Origin: Acidobacteriota bacterium
Lineage (GTDB): Bacteria; Acidobacteriota; Vicinamibacteria; Vicinamibacterales; SCN-69-37
NCBI GenBank assembly: GCA_044507065.1
Contig: JBIQJY010000004.1
Location: forward strand, 44,205-108,204
Direction: 5' to 3'
DNA: 64,000 bases
The notes under the pieces are model-generated. The model did no database searches, had not been told where the DNA came from, and saw nothing but the letters and a program-made list of their open reading frames with translations. Below are positions 37,232 to 47,313 of this stretch, one piece after another. Made by a program: the position numbers and the translations under genes. The first letter of the stretch is position 1; each line of letters begins with the position of its first letter.

Positions 37232-39507
37232 GGAAACTCAATCGTAAACATGGTGCCGGACGGATGGGCGGCGCCGACGTCGATGGTGCCGCCGTGTTCG
37301 CCCACGATACGCCGCACGATTTCGAGGCCCACGCCGCTGCCCCGGCCCTTCGTCGAGTAGTACGGCATGAAGAGCTTGTCACGGTCGGCGTCGGAGACGC
37401 CCGGACCGTTGTCGCTGACCGACAGGCACACGCGCTCGGCGGTGCGACCGGTTCGCACCAGGATCGCCGCCGGCGAGCCGTCGGGGCGCGGCGGTGCCGC
37501 CGGTCCGCCAAGCACCTCGATCGCATTGTCGATCAGGTTGACGATGACCTGCCGGATCTGTTCGGCATCGAGCGGCACGGCGGGCAGGTCGGACGCGAGT
37601 TCCGCGCCGATCGTAACGCCGCCGGGCTGAAGCACGCCGGCATAGAGCCGCAGCGTCTGTTCCACGAGGCGGTTGATGTCCGTGTCGATCAGACGCGGCG
37701 CACGCAGGCGTGCGTACTGCGCGAATTCGTCAACCAGCCCCTTGAGCGCCTCGACCTCCGTGATGATCGCGTCGGTGCACTCGATGACGAGCGCGCGCAG
37801 GGCCGGCGGCGTGCCGGCCGAGTGCCGCCGCAGGCGCTCGGCGCTCAACTGGATCGGCGTCAGGGGATTGCGGATCTCGTGTGCGAGCTTGCGCGCCACA
37901 TCCCGCCAGGCCGCGGCGCGTTGCGCGCGGAACAGCAGCGTCACATCGTCGAGTACGACCACCGAGCCCTCGCGCTGCCCGCCCTCGCCGACGAGCGTCG
38001 TCGCGGCGGCGGCCAGGTTCACTTCACGGTCGCCGCGGACGAGCGTCACCTCGTCGATGCCCGTGCTGCCGCGCCCCTCGGCGGCGCGCGCGAGCGGCAG
38101 CAGCGGCCGCAGGTCGTCCCGTTCGAACACGACGGCCGCCCGTTGCCCCACCGCGTCCGGTCCGAGGCCCAGCAGTCGCTCCGCCGCGCCGTTGACCGTT
38201 GAGATGTGACCCTCGGCATCGAGCGAGATGACGCTCGTCGCGACCCGTTCGAGAATCGTCTCGATGTAGCGGCTCCGGGCTTCCACCTCGAGGTTCTTCT
38301 GTTCGAGGGCCCGGCGCGAGGCGTCGAGTCGTTCGCGGCTCGATCGCAGTTGCGCCGCCATCATGTTGAACGATTCGACGAGCGATCCCAGTTCATCAGC
38401 GGTCTCGGCCTCGAGGTGGAGATCGAACTGCCCCTCGCCAATCGCGCGCGCGCCTTCGGCCAGCATCTGCACCGGGCGCGTGATCCGCTTCGCCAGGTAG
38501 AGGCCGAGCCAGGTCGCGCTGATGAGGATGAGCAGACTGACGGCAAGGAAGACGGACTGGTAGATGCCCTGGATTGGTGCCTCGAGCATCCGCAGGCCCT
38601 GGTAGCTCTCGTACGCTGCGGTGGCCTGCAGGGCAAGGGCCTGTACGTCCGCGTCCAGGTGATACGACACGACCAGCGCGCCGGTCGTCGCGCCGGTATC
38701 GAGGCGCAGCGGGACGGCCGTACGCAACAGGACCCCGCCACCCGGCAGCTCGTCCTGCTGAGCCTGTTCAAGGCCCGTTTCCACCGCGCGTGCGGCAATC
38801 CGATCGGCCGACGGCGGCACCTGTCCGTTCGGCAGGTTCGCCGATCCCACGCCCGCGAGGAACTCCAGGTCCGCCTGGCGCTCCTGCCCGTCGATGACGC
38901 GGTAGATCTCGATGATGCCGTTGCGCATCGCGCGCGGCTCCTGCTGCACGACGGCGGTCAAGGCGGCGATGTCGCCAGCCGCCACGACCTCGGGTGGCGT
39001 GAGCCGTGCAATGCGGCGCGCGTGCAGCGCGCTGGTCTCCTGGCCCTCGCGGTAATATCGCCGCGCGATTTCCTGCGCGGCACCGAGCACCTCGTCGACA
39101 GGCGCGCTGAACCAGCGCGCCGCGCTGTCACGGATGATCTGACCGCCGCTGATGAGCACCAGCACCGCCGGGACGATGGTCATCGCGAGCAGCGCGGCGA
39201 CGAGCTTGCCCCGGAACCGCGCGAACGGCGCGGCCCGGCGCTGCTCCACCCACAACTTGAGGATGTTCCGGACGAGCACGAACGAGAGCGCGGCCAGCAG
39301 CACGAGGTCGACCGCCACAAGCGCGTGCAGCAGGACGTCGGTCAGCAACTGTGGGGCGATCTCGCTGGAACGGTTCGTCAGCCAGAACAGCGCCGCAAGC
39401 AGCGCCACCAGCAGCAGCGCCGCCGCGCTGAGCACACCCGGCCGATCGAGCAGCCGCCGCGTGCGGCGCGGCGATGGTTCGGGCTCGACGGTCGTGGGTG
39501 ACAGCAT
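37216..39507 (-). CDS. NtrY-like sensor histidine kinase (TM, HAMP, PAS, HisKA, HATPase)
   Basis: H-box LAHEIRNPLTPIQLSAERL, N-box VNLIDNAIE, G-boxes DNGPGV and GSGVGL. N-terminal TM bundle. Overlaps the regulator gene by 16 nt. Confidence 0.9.
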   Translation of the reverse strand: MLSPTTVEPEPSPRRTRRLLDRPGVLSAAALLLVALLAALFWLTNRSSEIAPQLLTDVLLHALVAVDLVLLAALSFVLVRNILKLWVEQRRAAPFARFRGKLVAALLAMTIVPAVLVLISGGQIIRDSAARWFSAPVDEVLGAAQEIARRYYREGQETSALHARRIARLTPPEVVAAGDIAALTAVVQQEPRAMRNGIIEIYRVIDGQERQADLEFLAGVGSANLPNGQVPPSADRIAARAVETGLEQAQQDELPGGGVLLRTAVPLRLDTGATTGALVVSYHLDADVQALALQATAAYESYQGLRMLEAPIQGIYQSVFLAVSLLILISATWLGLYLAKRITRPVQMLAEGARAIGEGQFDLHLEAETADELGSLVESFNMMAAQLRSSRERLDASRRALEQKNLEVEARSRYIETILERVATSVISLDAEGHISTVNGAAERLLGLGPDAVGQRAAVVFERDDLRPLLPLARAAEGRGSTGIDEVTLVRGDREVNLAAAATTLVGEGGQREGSVVVLDDVTLLFRAQRAAAWRDVARKLAHEIRNPLTPIQLSAERLRRHSAGTPPALRALVIECTDAIITEVEALKGLVDEFAQYARLRAPRLIDTDINRLVEQTLRLYAGVLQPGGVTIGAELASDLPAVPLDAEQIRQVIVNLIDNAIEVLGGPAAPPRPDGSPAAILVRTGRTAERVCLSVSDNGPGVSDADRDKLFMPYYSTKGRGSGVGLEIVRRIVGEHGGTIDVGAAHPSGTMFTIEFPCLPS

Positions 39508-39508
39508 G

Positions 39509-40054
39509 TCACCGGATGAACGTGAAGGTGGCCCGTCCGCCGGCGTCGTCCGACGACCAAGGCCAGAGTGGGAACGTGCGGCGCGGACGCGAGCGCATGC
39601 GCACTTGAATGTCGTATTCGGCGTTCGGCTGCAGCTGCGAATCTTCGGCGATCACCACCCGCTCGAACGTCGTCAGCCAGGCCTGCGCGTCAGCGTATCG
39701 GCTCGTGCGCTCCGACCAGGTGACGTGGCCGTCGCGCATGCGCGACACGTGATGCACGCCCGTGAGATTGTCGTACTTCACCGACGACGAAAGGTCCACG
39801 TGGGCAATCGTCCTGTCGAACCACAGCGCCGACGGGGCCTTGAGATCCACGGTGAACGCGAGCGTCATGAGCAGGCCGCTCTCGACCAGTTCGCGCACGT
39901 CGGGGCCGAGTGCCGTCGGCAATGAAAACGACACGGCCACCCGGCCGTTGGCCACGACCGGCGTCACGCGGATTTCGGCCGGCGACGCCGGGGCCACGAG
40001 GACGACGGCGGCCGCCCCGCAGGCGGCCATCCGCTGCAGCCATCCCGATGTCAT
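39509..40054 (-). CDS. DUF4390 periplasmic protein
   Basis: Signal peptide, then [18 protein letters not shown]...[14 protein letters not shown]...YDNLTG, resembling DUF4390, which commonly precedes ntrY-type kinases. The stop lies 1 nt before the kinase start. Confidence 0.65.
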   Translation of the reverse strand: MTSGWLQRMAACGAAAVVLVAPASPAEIRVTPVVANGRVAVSFSLPTALGPDVRELVESGLLMTLAFTVDLKAPSALWFDRTIAHVDLSSSVKYDNLTGVHHVSRMRDGHVTWSERTSRYADAQAWLTTFERVVIAEDSQLQPNAEYDIQVRMRSRPRRTFPLWPWSSDDAGGRATFTFIR

Positions 40055-40509
40055 TCGCGAGTCCTGAGCAGTTCGTTGAGTTCGTTGGTGAACTCGTCGA
40101 TGTCGCGGAAGTTCCGGTACACCGAGGCGAAGCGGACAAATGCCACCTTGTCGAGGTGCTTGAGCTGCTGCATGACCTGCATGCCGATCTCGTCGGTGGC
40201 AATCTCGCGTTCCGGGCGCTCCTGCAGCGAGGCCTCGATGCTGTCGGCAATGGCCTCGAGTGCCGAGACCCGGACGGGACGCTTCTCACACGCCTTGAGC
40301 AGGCCGCCCACCAGTTTCTGCCGATCGAAGCGCTCGCGACGTCCGTCCTTCTTCACCACCATGTACGGAATTTCGTCGATGCGCTCGTAGCTGGTGAACC
40401 GCCGGCTGCACTCGAGGCACTCGCGCCGACGGCGAATGGCGTCGCCCTCCTTGCTCTCGCGCGAATCCACGACCTTGTCACCCAGATGACCACAGTAAGG
40501 ACACTTCAC
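40051..40509 (-). CDS. nrdR: Transcriptional repressor NrdR
   Basis: (V/M)[18 protein letters not shown]...[17 protein letters not shown] zinc ribbon plus ATP-cone ([14 protein letters not shown]...). GTG 40509 gives the canonical N-terminus; the track ORF starts at GTG 40521. The stop overlaps the DUF4390 start (ATGA). Confidence 0.9.
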   Translation of the reverse strand: MKCPYCGHLGDKVVDSRESKEGDAIRRRRECLECSRRFTSYERIDEIPYMVVKKDGRRERFDRQKLVGGLLKACEKRPVRVSALEAIADSIEASLQERPEREIATDEIGMQVMQQLKHLDKVAFVRFASVYRNFRDIDEFTNELNELLRTRE

Positions 40510-40527
40510 GGCTATCGCCACCTCATG

Positions 40528-41598
40528 TCAGCGAACCTGCTGCTCGCGCGCCGGCTCCCGGCCGGCCGCGCTCTCGGACGTGTCGGGCGCCGTCGTCCGC
40601 ACGGACTTGACCTGCCCGAGCGTCAACCCGTCCTGCCACATGAAGATCACGCCGAGAATCGTCACCGGCACGAACGTCACGAGATGCAGGACGATGGCCG
40701 CCGCGCCGGCGACGCTGTCGGGCGCGTTGAACAACTGTGTCGCCGCCAGCTTGTAGAAATAATGGAACCCGCCCGCGGCGCCGGGAGTGGGCACCGCCAC
40801 TCCCACCGTGAGATAGCCGACCACCAGGAACGACCCCGTGAACGACATCGACACGCCGAACGCCCACGATGTCAACGTGATCCCGAGCGCGATCGACAAC
40901 CAGAGCGGCACCGACCAGACGAACGACCAGAACAGATCGGCCGGCCGCCGCATCACGCCAAGTCCCTGCACGAACGTCCGGACGAGATGGTCCACGACCG
41001 AGGCCACGCGGGTCGGCAGCCAGGCCGAGAGCCGGCCAGCCCAGCGCCCCATCCGGTCGGGATGCCCGGCCACGACAAACAGGATGGCAATGCCGGCCAC
41101 CGCAGCCACCGCGCCCAGCATTCCGGCGGTCTCGATCTCGCGCGGCACGTTGACGCCGCCGGCCAGAGTCGCGACAGCAAACAGGACGAGCACGGTGCAC
41201 AGGTCGAACACGCGTTCGACGACAATCGTCGCCATGGCCGCCGCCGGGTTGAGCCGCTCCTGCCGGGCGAGCGCATACGGCCGAAGGAGTTCGCCGACGC
41301 GTCCGGGCAGCAGGAAGCTCGCGGCAAAGCCCATGACCGTGGTGCGAAACGCGGTCCGGAAGCGCGCCGGACCAATTGGGCGCAGGATCCATCGCCATCG
41401 CCACGCCCGCAGCACGTAGGTCATCATCGTCGTCGCCGCCGCGGCCGCAAGCCAGCCACGATGCGCGTGAACCGCGGCATTCCACGCCTCTCGCAGGTCC
41501 ATGTCCCGCAGGAACAGGGCGACCAGCCCGATCGTCACGAGACCGATGAGAAGACTCTGCCAGCGGCGTACAGGGCTCGACGACGGGGACGACATCAC
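40528..41598 (-). CDS. UPF0104 / MprF-flippase-like membrane protein, paralogue 3
   Basis: RRWQSLLIGLVTIGLVALFL...LRAWRWRWIL...FLLPGRVGELLRPYALAR signature; 8 predicted TM helices. Confidence 0.75.
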   Translation of the reverse strand: MMSSPSSSPVRRWQSLLIGLVTIGLVALFLRDMDLREAWNAAVHAHRGWLAAAAATTMMTYVLRAWRWRWILRPIGPARFRTAFRTTVMGFAASFLLPGRVGELLRPYALARQERLNPAAAMATIVVERVFDLCTVLVLFAVATLAGGVNVPREIETAGMLGAVAAVAGIAILFVVAGHPDRMGRWAGRLSAWLPTRVASVVDHLVRTFVQGLGVMRRPADLFWSFVWSVPLWLSIALGITLTSWAFGVSMSFTGSFLVVGYLTVGVAVPTPGAAGGFHYFYKLAATQLFNAPDSVAGAAAIVLHLVTFVPVTILGVIFMWQDGLTLGQVKSVRTTAPDTSESAAGREPAREQQVR

Positions 41599-41639
41599 AA
41601 GGGCTGCACAGTTCGTACTATAAGATTGTCGGCAAGTCT

Positions 41640-42734
41640 ATGGGAAAGCGAGAGTTACTCATCGTCGCGGTCTTCGCGGCGATCGGCCTGGCCATCTTCC
41701 GGACGGTCTCCCCCGCCGACGGGGCGCCACGAAACGGCTTCTCCATAGGATCACTCATCGGCCAGTGGCGCAACCGCCACATGTCGATGCCCGCCCATGC
41801 CACGGTCACGACAACCGGCCGGCTCGCGGTCGCTCCAGCCCTTGGGGCGCTCCGCCTGTCGGGGCTTGCGACCGTCGAGGTCGTGGGCGAGGCGCGCGAC
41901 GACATTGCCTGGGAATTGCGCGCCGAAGCCAACGCGCCCGACGAACCCGCTGCCAGGCAGGCGGCTGAACAGACGACTCTGCGGGCGGACGACCTTGGCC
42001 CCGTCATGGCCATCTCGGTAAGGGCGCCCGGGACGGCCCCACAGGCCAGCACGCTGACGCTGCGGGTCCCTGCCCGGCTCGCCATCCGCGTCGAGAGCGC
42101 CCGTCGCACGCGCGTCACGGGCGTGTCCGCCGTGCGGCTCGACAACCTGGTCGGCGATGCCGACGTAAGCGCGGTCGACGGGCTGGTCGACGGCGGACAC
42201 CGTAACGGCAACCTGGCGATCGACGACGTCGAGCGCGTCCGGCTGACGCTCGTCGGATCGAATGCCGTGCTGCGTGCGGTCCGCGGCGAGACGATCATCA
42301 ATGCCCGCGACGGCAACACCCGGATCGACAACCAGCAGGGCCCGGCTCTCGTGGAGGTCAACGGCCAGGCCTTGACGGTCGTGGAACCCGAGGCGCCGAT
42401 ACGCGCGAGCGGCATCGGCGGTGAGATCGTCATCGAGCGGCCGCGCGCGGCGGTCGACATCGATGCGCGACGCCTGCACGTGGGCCTCGCACTGGATCGC
42501 GCCGTGCCCGTCACCGTCTTCAGTACTGAGGTCCGCCTCGACCTGGCGCTCGATGCGGGCCTGCCGATACGCCTCGATATCGCGACCGATGACGGCACGA
42601 TCGATGCATCGAATATCGGCCTCGCCGCCGAGGTGCGCGACGGCGCGAACCACCTCGTGCACGCCTTCGGTGATGAAGCGCGCGTGGCCATTCGCGATCA
42701 TCGCAGCAGCATTGTCATCACGTCCGGTAAGTGA
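41640..42734 (+). CDS. Membrane-anchored beta-strand-repeat protein (DUF4097-like)
   Basis: N-terminal TM LLIVAVFAAIGLAIF, then many short alternating repeats (V.V...G.I.I, e.g. LRVPARLAIRVES, VRLTLVGSNAVLRAV). Confidence 0.45.
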   Translation: MGKRELLIVAVFAAIGLAIFRTVSPADGAPRNGFSIGSLIGQWRNRHMSMPAHATVTTTGRLAVAPALGALRLSGLATVEVVGEARDDIAWELRAEANAPDEPAARQAAEQTTLRADDLGPVMAISVRAPGTAPQASTLTLRVPARLAIRVESARRTRVTGVSAVRLDNLVGDADVSAVDGLVDGGHRNGNLAIDDVERVRLTLVGSNAVLRAVRGETIINARDGNTRIDNQQGPALVEVNGQALTVVEPEAPIRASGIGGEIVIERPRAAVDIDARRLHVGLALDRAVPVTVFSTEVRLDLALDAGLPIRLDIATDDGTIDASNIGLAAEVRDGANHLVHAFGDEARVAIRDHRSSIVITSGK

Positions 42735-42763
42735 TAGTCTGCCGACTCTTCTTCCATCGGCCG

Positions 42764-43684
42764 ATGTCATCTCCCGTCGTACTCGAAACCAACCTCGAAG
42801 GCCTGACGCTGCAGCGCCGCGGCAAGGTACGCGACGTGTACGATCTCGGCGACACGCTGCTGATTGTCGCCACCGACCGGATTTCCGCGTTCGATTACGT
42901 GCTCGGCTCCGGCATCCCCGACAAGGGCAAGGTGCTGACGCAGTTGTCGGCGTTCTGGTTCGATCACGTCGGCGACCTGGTGCCGCACCATGTGCTGGCG
43001 GTCGACGTCGACACGTTCCCGGCAGTCACCCGTCCGCACCGCGACATCCTGCGCGGCCGATCGATGCTCGTCAGGAAGACCGACCCGCTCCCGATCGAAT
43101 GCGTGGCCCGCGGCTACCTGTCCGGGTCGGGCTGGAAGGACTACCAGCGCACGGGCAGCGTCTGCGGCATTGCGCTGCCGGCCGGCCTGCGCGATTCGGA
43201 TCGACTCCCTCGCGCGATTTTCACGCCGGCGTCAAAGGCCGAGACGGGCCACGACGAGAACATCAGTGAGGCCGAGGCCGCCGCCGTCGTCGGCGACGAA
43301 CTGGCTACCCGGCTTCGCGAACTGACATTGGCGATCTACGAGCGCGGCGTCGTGCATGCCGCCACCCGGGGGATCATCATCGCCGACACGAAGTTCGAGT
43401 TCGGACTGGCGCGCCCGGCCGGTGCCGGCGCCTCGGCGCCGCCCGAGCTCATCCTCATCGACGAGGTGCTCACGCCCGACTCCTCCCGGTTCTGGCCAGC
43501 CGACAGCTATACGCCGGGTCAGGCGCAGCCGAGTTTCGACAAGCAATTCGTCCGCGACCACCTCGAGCAGATCGGCTGGAACAAGCAGCCGCCCGTGCCG
43601 ACGCTTCCCGACGATGTCATCCTCCGCACGCGTGAAAAATACGTCGAAGCGTACCGCCGCCTCACCGGGAGCGACCTCCATTGA
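42764..43684 (+). CDS. purC: Phosphoribosylaminoimidazole-succinocarboxamide (SAICAR) synthase
   Basis: GKVRDVYDLGDTLLIVATDRISAFD, RGYLSGSGWKDY, IIADTKFEFG, DEVLTPDSSRFW. Confidence 0.9.
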   Translation: MSSPVVLETNLEGLTLQRRGKVRDVYDLGDTLLIVATDRISAFDYVLGSGIPDKGKVLTQLSAFWFDHVGDLVPHHVLAVDVDTFPAVTRPHRDILRGRSMLVRKTDPLPIECVARGYLSGSGWKDYQRTGSVCGIALPAGLRDSDRLPRAIFTPASKAETGHDENISEAEAAAVVGDELATRLRELTLAIYERGVVHAATRGIIIADTKFEFGLARPAGAGASAPPELILIDEVLTPDSSRFWPADSYTPGQAQPSFDKQFVRDHLEQIGWNKQPPVPTLPDDVILRTREKYVEAYRRLTGSDLH

Positions 43685-43893
43685 TGCGCGACGACCTGGC
43701 CGCCCTGGTCCAGCAGATGATCGACCGCGGCATCCTGTTCGACGACGCCGCGCGCGAGTTCGAGCGGACCTTCATCGCCCGCGCGCTCGCCAAAACCGAT
43801 TACAACGTCTGCAAGGCGGCCAAGATGACTGGCCTGCACCGCAACACGCTCAGCCGCAAGATGGCCGCCTACCGCATCCGCAAGACGGCATGA
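43684..43893 (+). CDS. Small Fis-family HTH DNA-binding protein
   Basis: 69 aa. C-terminal HTH YNVCKAAKMTGLHRNTLSRKMAAYRI. The ATG overlaps the purC stop (TGATG). Confidence 0.7.
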   Translation: MRDDLAALVQQMIDRGILFDDAAREFERTFIARALAKTDYNVCKAAKMTGLHRNTLSRKMAAYRIRKTA

Positions 43894-43912
43894 CACCCCA
43901 CGCCCACCCGGC

Positions 43913-43941
43913 TTGACGCGCCTGGCGCTCTCCCGTATATT
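43913..43941 (+). promoter_or_regulatory. Sigma-70-type promoter of groESL
   Basis: TTGACG, 17 nt, TATATT. The -10 box abuts the CIRCE operator. Confidence 0.55.
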
Positions 43942-43967
43942 TAGCAGTCGAACCGAGTGACTGCTAA
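43941..43967 (+). promoter_or_regulatory. CIRCE operator (HrcA binding site)
   Basis: TTAGCAGTC-N9-GACTGCTAA, a perfect 9-bp inverted repeat. It has one symmetric substitution relative to the consensus TTAGCACTC-N9-GAGTGCTAA. Lies upstream of groES. Confidence 0.85.
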
Positions 43968-44075
43968 CAGTCCGACGACCGGACTGCCAGACTCGGACAC
44001 CGAGATTATTTTCGACACCGGCACCGGGCCCGTCCTTTCCGCGGCCCCGGGACGGTTTGCGTGGAGAGGACAGTC

Positions 44076-46033
<1,958 letters not shown>

Positions 46034-46085
46034 CCTCGACGAACGATCCGCGCCGCCCGGCGGCGTGACCCGTTCGGGTACGAAC

Positions 46086-46128
46086 AACGGGCCGGCTGGA
46101 GCAATCCAGCCGGCCCGTTCTCTTTTCT
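46086..46128. terminator. Intrinsic terminator after groEL (possibly bidirectional with the convergent TonB-family gene)
   Basis: 15-bp stem AACGGGCCGGCTGGA / TCCAGCCGGCCCGTT, loop GCAA, followed by CTCTTTTCTCC. Confidence 0.7.
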
Positions 46129-46177
46129 CCGGAAGGCGCTATGGGTCCCCGGTGTACGCACCCGCGGGACGCCCGCG

Positions 46178-47023
46178 TCAGTGAATCGTGAAGGTCAGTA
46201 CCAGCTGGACGATGATGGGCACGGGCTTGTCGCCCTTCATGGCCGGAACGAACTGCCATTGACGGGCAGCCTTGATGGCTTCGAGATCGAGCCCGTAGGT
46301 CTGGTCGAGCGACTTCAGGATCTTCACGTCGCCTACGCTGCCGTCTTCGAGCACGACGGCCTCGAGCACGACCTGCCCCTGAATCTTCGCGCGCATCGCC
46401 TCGCTCGTATAGCCGGGGCGTCGCTCGCGCAGGACGCGTGGATTGGTGATACCGGCTCCCGGGCGATAGGCACCACCGCCGAATCCGCCACCAGTGCCCT
46501 CACCGACGCCGCTTCCGGACCCCGCGCCCAATCCGGTTCCTCGCCCCCCGCCTCCGGTGGTGGCCAGTGACAGCTGGGCCGTGCCGGTCGCCTGAAAATC
46601 CACGGCGTTCGGCGTCATGATCGGCGCATTGAGCGTGGGCGGTGGCGGAGGCGCCACGACCGGTGGGGGTGTCTCGATCGGTACGGGCGTCGGCGGCGTG
46701 CTGCGAGGGATCTCGATGGGTTTCGGTGGCGCCGGCGCGGGGCTCCCGCCCCCGCCGCCGCCCGGACCGGCGTCCTCGAGAAATACGAGCGTCGCCGTCG
46801 GCCGCGGCGGTTCAGCCACGACTTCGACGGTACCGCGAGCGATGAGAAATCCAATCAGGAGGATCAGCAGGCTGTGGAAGGCCACGCTGGCGGCGGTGGC
46901 GCCAGCCGCACGGCGCGCCTGGCCGGGCTTCGGCTCGGCAAAGACCGAGTTCGGCGACAGGAACGTCGTTGACGCCTTCGGCGTTCCGCCGGCCTGCTGC
47001 GCTGGGGCGTTCGGCGTGCTCAT
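46178..47023 (-). CDS. TonB-family energy transducer
   Basis: N-terminal TM, a Pro-rich spacer (PPKPIEIPRSTPPTPVPIETPPPVVAPPPPP) and the TonB_C domain (YTSEAMRAKIQGQVVLEAVVLEDGSVGDVKILKSL...A). Confidence 0.8.
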   Translation of the reverse strand: MSTPNAPAQQAGGTPKASTTFLSPNSVFAEPKPGQARRAAGATAASVAFHSLLILLIGFLIARGTVEVVAEPPRPTATLVFLEDAGPGGGGGGSPAPAPPKPIEIPRSTPPTPVPIETPPPVVAPPPPPTLNAPIMTPNAVDFQATGTAQLSLATTGGGGRGTGLGAGSGSGVGEGTGGGFGGGAYRPGAGITNPRVLRERRPGYTSEAMRAKIQGQVVLEAVVLEDGSVGDVKILKSLDQTYGLDLEAIKAARQWQFVPAMKGDKPVPIIVQLVLTFTIH

Positions 47024-47153
47024 CGAGTTGCGCGTGTCCCTTCCCTGACAGTATACCCAGCCACTACCCGATGCATAGGACGCTTCGTGGCGCGGACCGG
47101 CCGCGCCCGCGAATGGTAGAATCGCGGTTGACCGTTTCAGTCAGGAGCCACAC

Positions 47154-47303
47154 ATGCGCCTCGGTATCTGGGAACTGCTCATCATTCTGGTCATCGTGAT
47201 CCTGATCTTCGGCGCGAGCCGCCTGCCGGAGCTCGGCAAGGGCATTGGCCGCGGGATCAAGAACTTCAAGGAAGCCAACCGCAGCGACGCCAAGGACGAG
47301 TAG
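47154..47303 (+). CDS. tatA: Twin-arginine translocase subunit TatA/E
   Basis: 49-aa ORF below the track cutoff: [41 protein letters not shown]... AGGAG lies 7 nt upstream. A possible extended -10 (TGGTAGAAT) sits at 47114..47122. Confidence 0.85.
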   Translation: MRLGIWELLIILVIVILIFGASRLPELGKGIGRGIKNFKEANRSDAKDE

Positions 47304-47313
47304 TCCCCGGCCT

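Noticed and set aside
46480-46800. Apparent tandem repetitiveness (CCG/GGC-rich, GGTGG runs)
   Set aside because: This is the low-complexity Gly-rich and Pro-rich spacer of the TonB-family protein (GGGGRGTGLGAGSGSGVGEGTGGGFGGG; PPPVVAPPPPP). It is not a DNA repeat element or a CRISPR-like array.
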